Of a stretch of DNA of 64,000 bases, positions 63,124 through 64,000 are shown piece after piece. The stretch lies in NCBI GenBank assembly GCA_045628825.1, contig JAZQQA010000047.1, positions 9,577 through 73,576 on the forward strand, given 5' to 3'. The position numbers and the translations under genes were made by a program. Numbering within the stretch: the stretch's first letter is position 1; each line of letters starts with the position of its first letter. The notes under the pieces were generated by a model. The model had not been told where the DNA came from, did no database searches, and saw only the letters and a list, made by a program, of their open reading frames with translations. Source of the stretch: Agathobacter sp. Its GTDB lineage: Bacteria > Bacillota > Clostridia > Lachnospirales > Lachnospiraceae.

Positions 63124-64000
63124 ATGGCATTTCAAAAAGTAGGATTCATAGGCCTTGGCCTAATTGGAGGCTCTATCGCAAAAAAGCTTCATGCTCTCCA
63201 TCCTGAATGCGAAATCATTGCAACAGCAGGACATGAAAGCACTATTATCGAGGCGTATCGCGAAGGCATTATTCATAATTCAAAATTACTTCCAATGACA
63301 GACTTTGCCGACTGCGACTATATCTTTTTATGCGCACCTGTACAGAGAAATCTGACCTATCTGGAAGAATTAAAAGACGTTATAAGTAAGAAAACCATGA
63401 TTACAGACGTCGGAAGCACCAAGTCAGAGATTCACGAAAAAGTGATTGCGCTTGGCATGGAGGATCATTTTATCGGTGGTCATCCTATGACTGGGTCAGA
63501 AAAGACAGGTATATTAAATGCCAACATATATCTAATGGAAAATGCTTATTACATCATTACTCCTACTTCTACTACAAAAGCAGAAACCATTGATGAGTTC
63601 CGTGATTTTGTTCTCTCTCTTGGCGCAATTCCAATGGTACTGGATTATAAATTCCATGATTATGCGACTGCAACCATTAGCCATTTACCTCATATGATTG
63701 CGTATTCACTTGTTAACCTGGTACAAAAAATCGATACCGAGGACGAGAAAATGAAATCTATCGCAGCAGGAGGCTTTAAGGACATCACGCGAATTGCCTC
63801 TTCCTCTCCTGTTATGTGGCAAAACATCTGTGCTTCCAATAAGGAACAGGTATTACGATTAATGGATTTGTACATGGATGAATTGTCTGATGTAAGAAAA
63901 CTAATCGAAACAGACGATGAAAATGGCATGCTTGACTATTTCCAATCTGCAAAGAACTATCGTGATTCCATTCAAATTACTAGAGCGAAAACTCATGGTT
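63124..64000 (+). CDS. tyrA: Prephenate dehydrogenase (3'-partial)
   Basis: GFIGLGLIGGS, TDVGSTK, GGHPMTGSE, HD...ISHLPH, GGFKDITRIASS; runs off the window. Confidence 0.93.
   Translation, partial: MAFQKVGFIGLGLIGGSIAKKLHALHPECEIIATAGHESTIIEAYREGIIHNSKLLPMTDFADCDYIFLCAPVQRNLTYLEELKDVISKKTMITDVGSTKSEIHEKVIALGMEDHFIGGHPMTGSEKTGILNANIYLMENAYYIITPTSTTKAETIDEFRDFVLSLGAIPMVLDYKFHDYATATISHLPHMIAYSLVNLVQKIDTEDEKMKSIAAGGFKDITRIASSSPVMWQNICASNKEQVLRLMDLYMDELSDVRKLIETDDENGMLDYFQSAKNYRDSIQITRAKTHG

Overview
Core-chromosome segment of a low-GC Clostridia-class Firmicute; gene content and order look Lachnospiraceae-like. I saw no rRNA, tRNA, CRISPR, prophage or IS element. The left part is on the + strand: hisIE fusion, radical SAM pair, RNase G, rplU-prp-rpmA-obgE-yhbY-nadD-yqeK-rsfS. 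A mixed-orientation zone follows (lexA/yneA, plsC, a single XerS-sized tyrosine recombinase, ttcA-like, dtd). From about 14 kb almost everything is on the - strand: sepF/yggS, radC-mreBCD-pbp2-minC-rodA-mgsA-dac, mutSL-miaA, phoH-HD-ybeY, fhs-folD, ftsK, glgA, rex-nnr, Re-citrate synthase-GntR-icd and EF-G2. A partial tyrA closes the window on +. Best leads: (1) a 28-bp difSL/difH-like imperfect inverted repeat (13870-13897) at the gene-orientation convergence, about 1.4 kb from the lone recombinase, a candidate single-recombinase dimer-resolution system; (2) several apparent pseudo-enzymes (MreB lacking its catalytic Glu/Asp, a PgpH-like HD protein with HD changed to YR, PhoH Walker B E to Q, EF-G2 with degenerate GTPase motifs); (3) minC without minDE; (4) well-defined regulatory sites (LexA box array, Rex boxes, a GntR palindrome, an RBS-sequestering promoter hairpin). 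Protein assignments and reference motifs are from recall; no database search was run.
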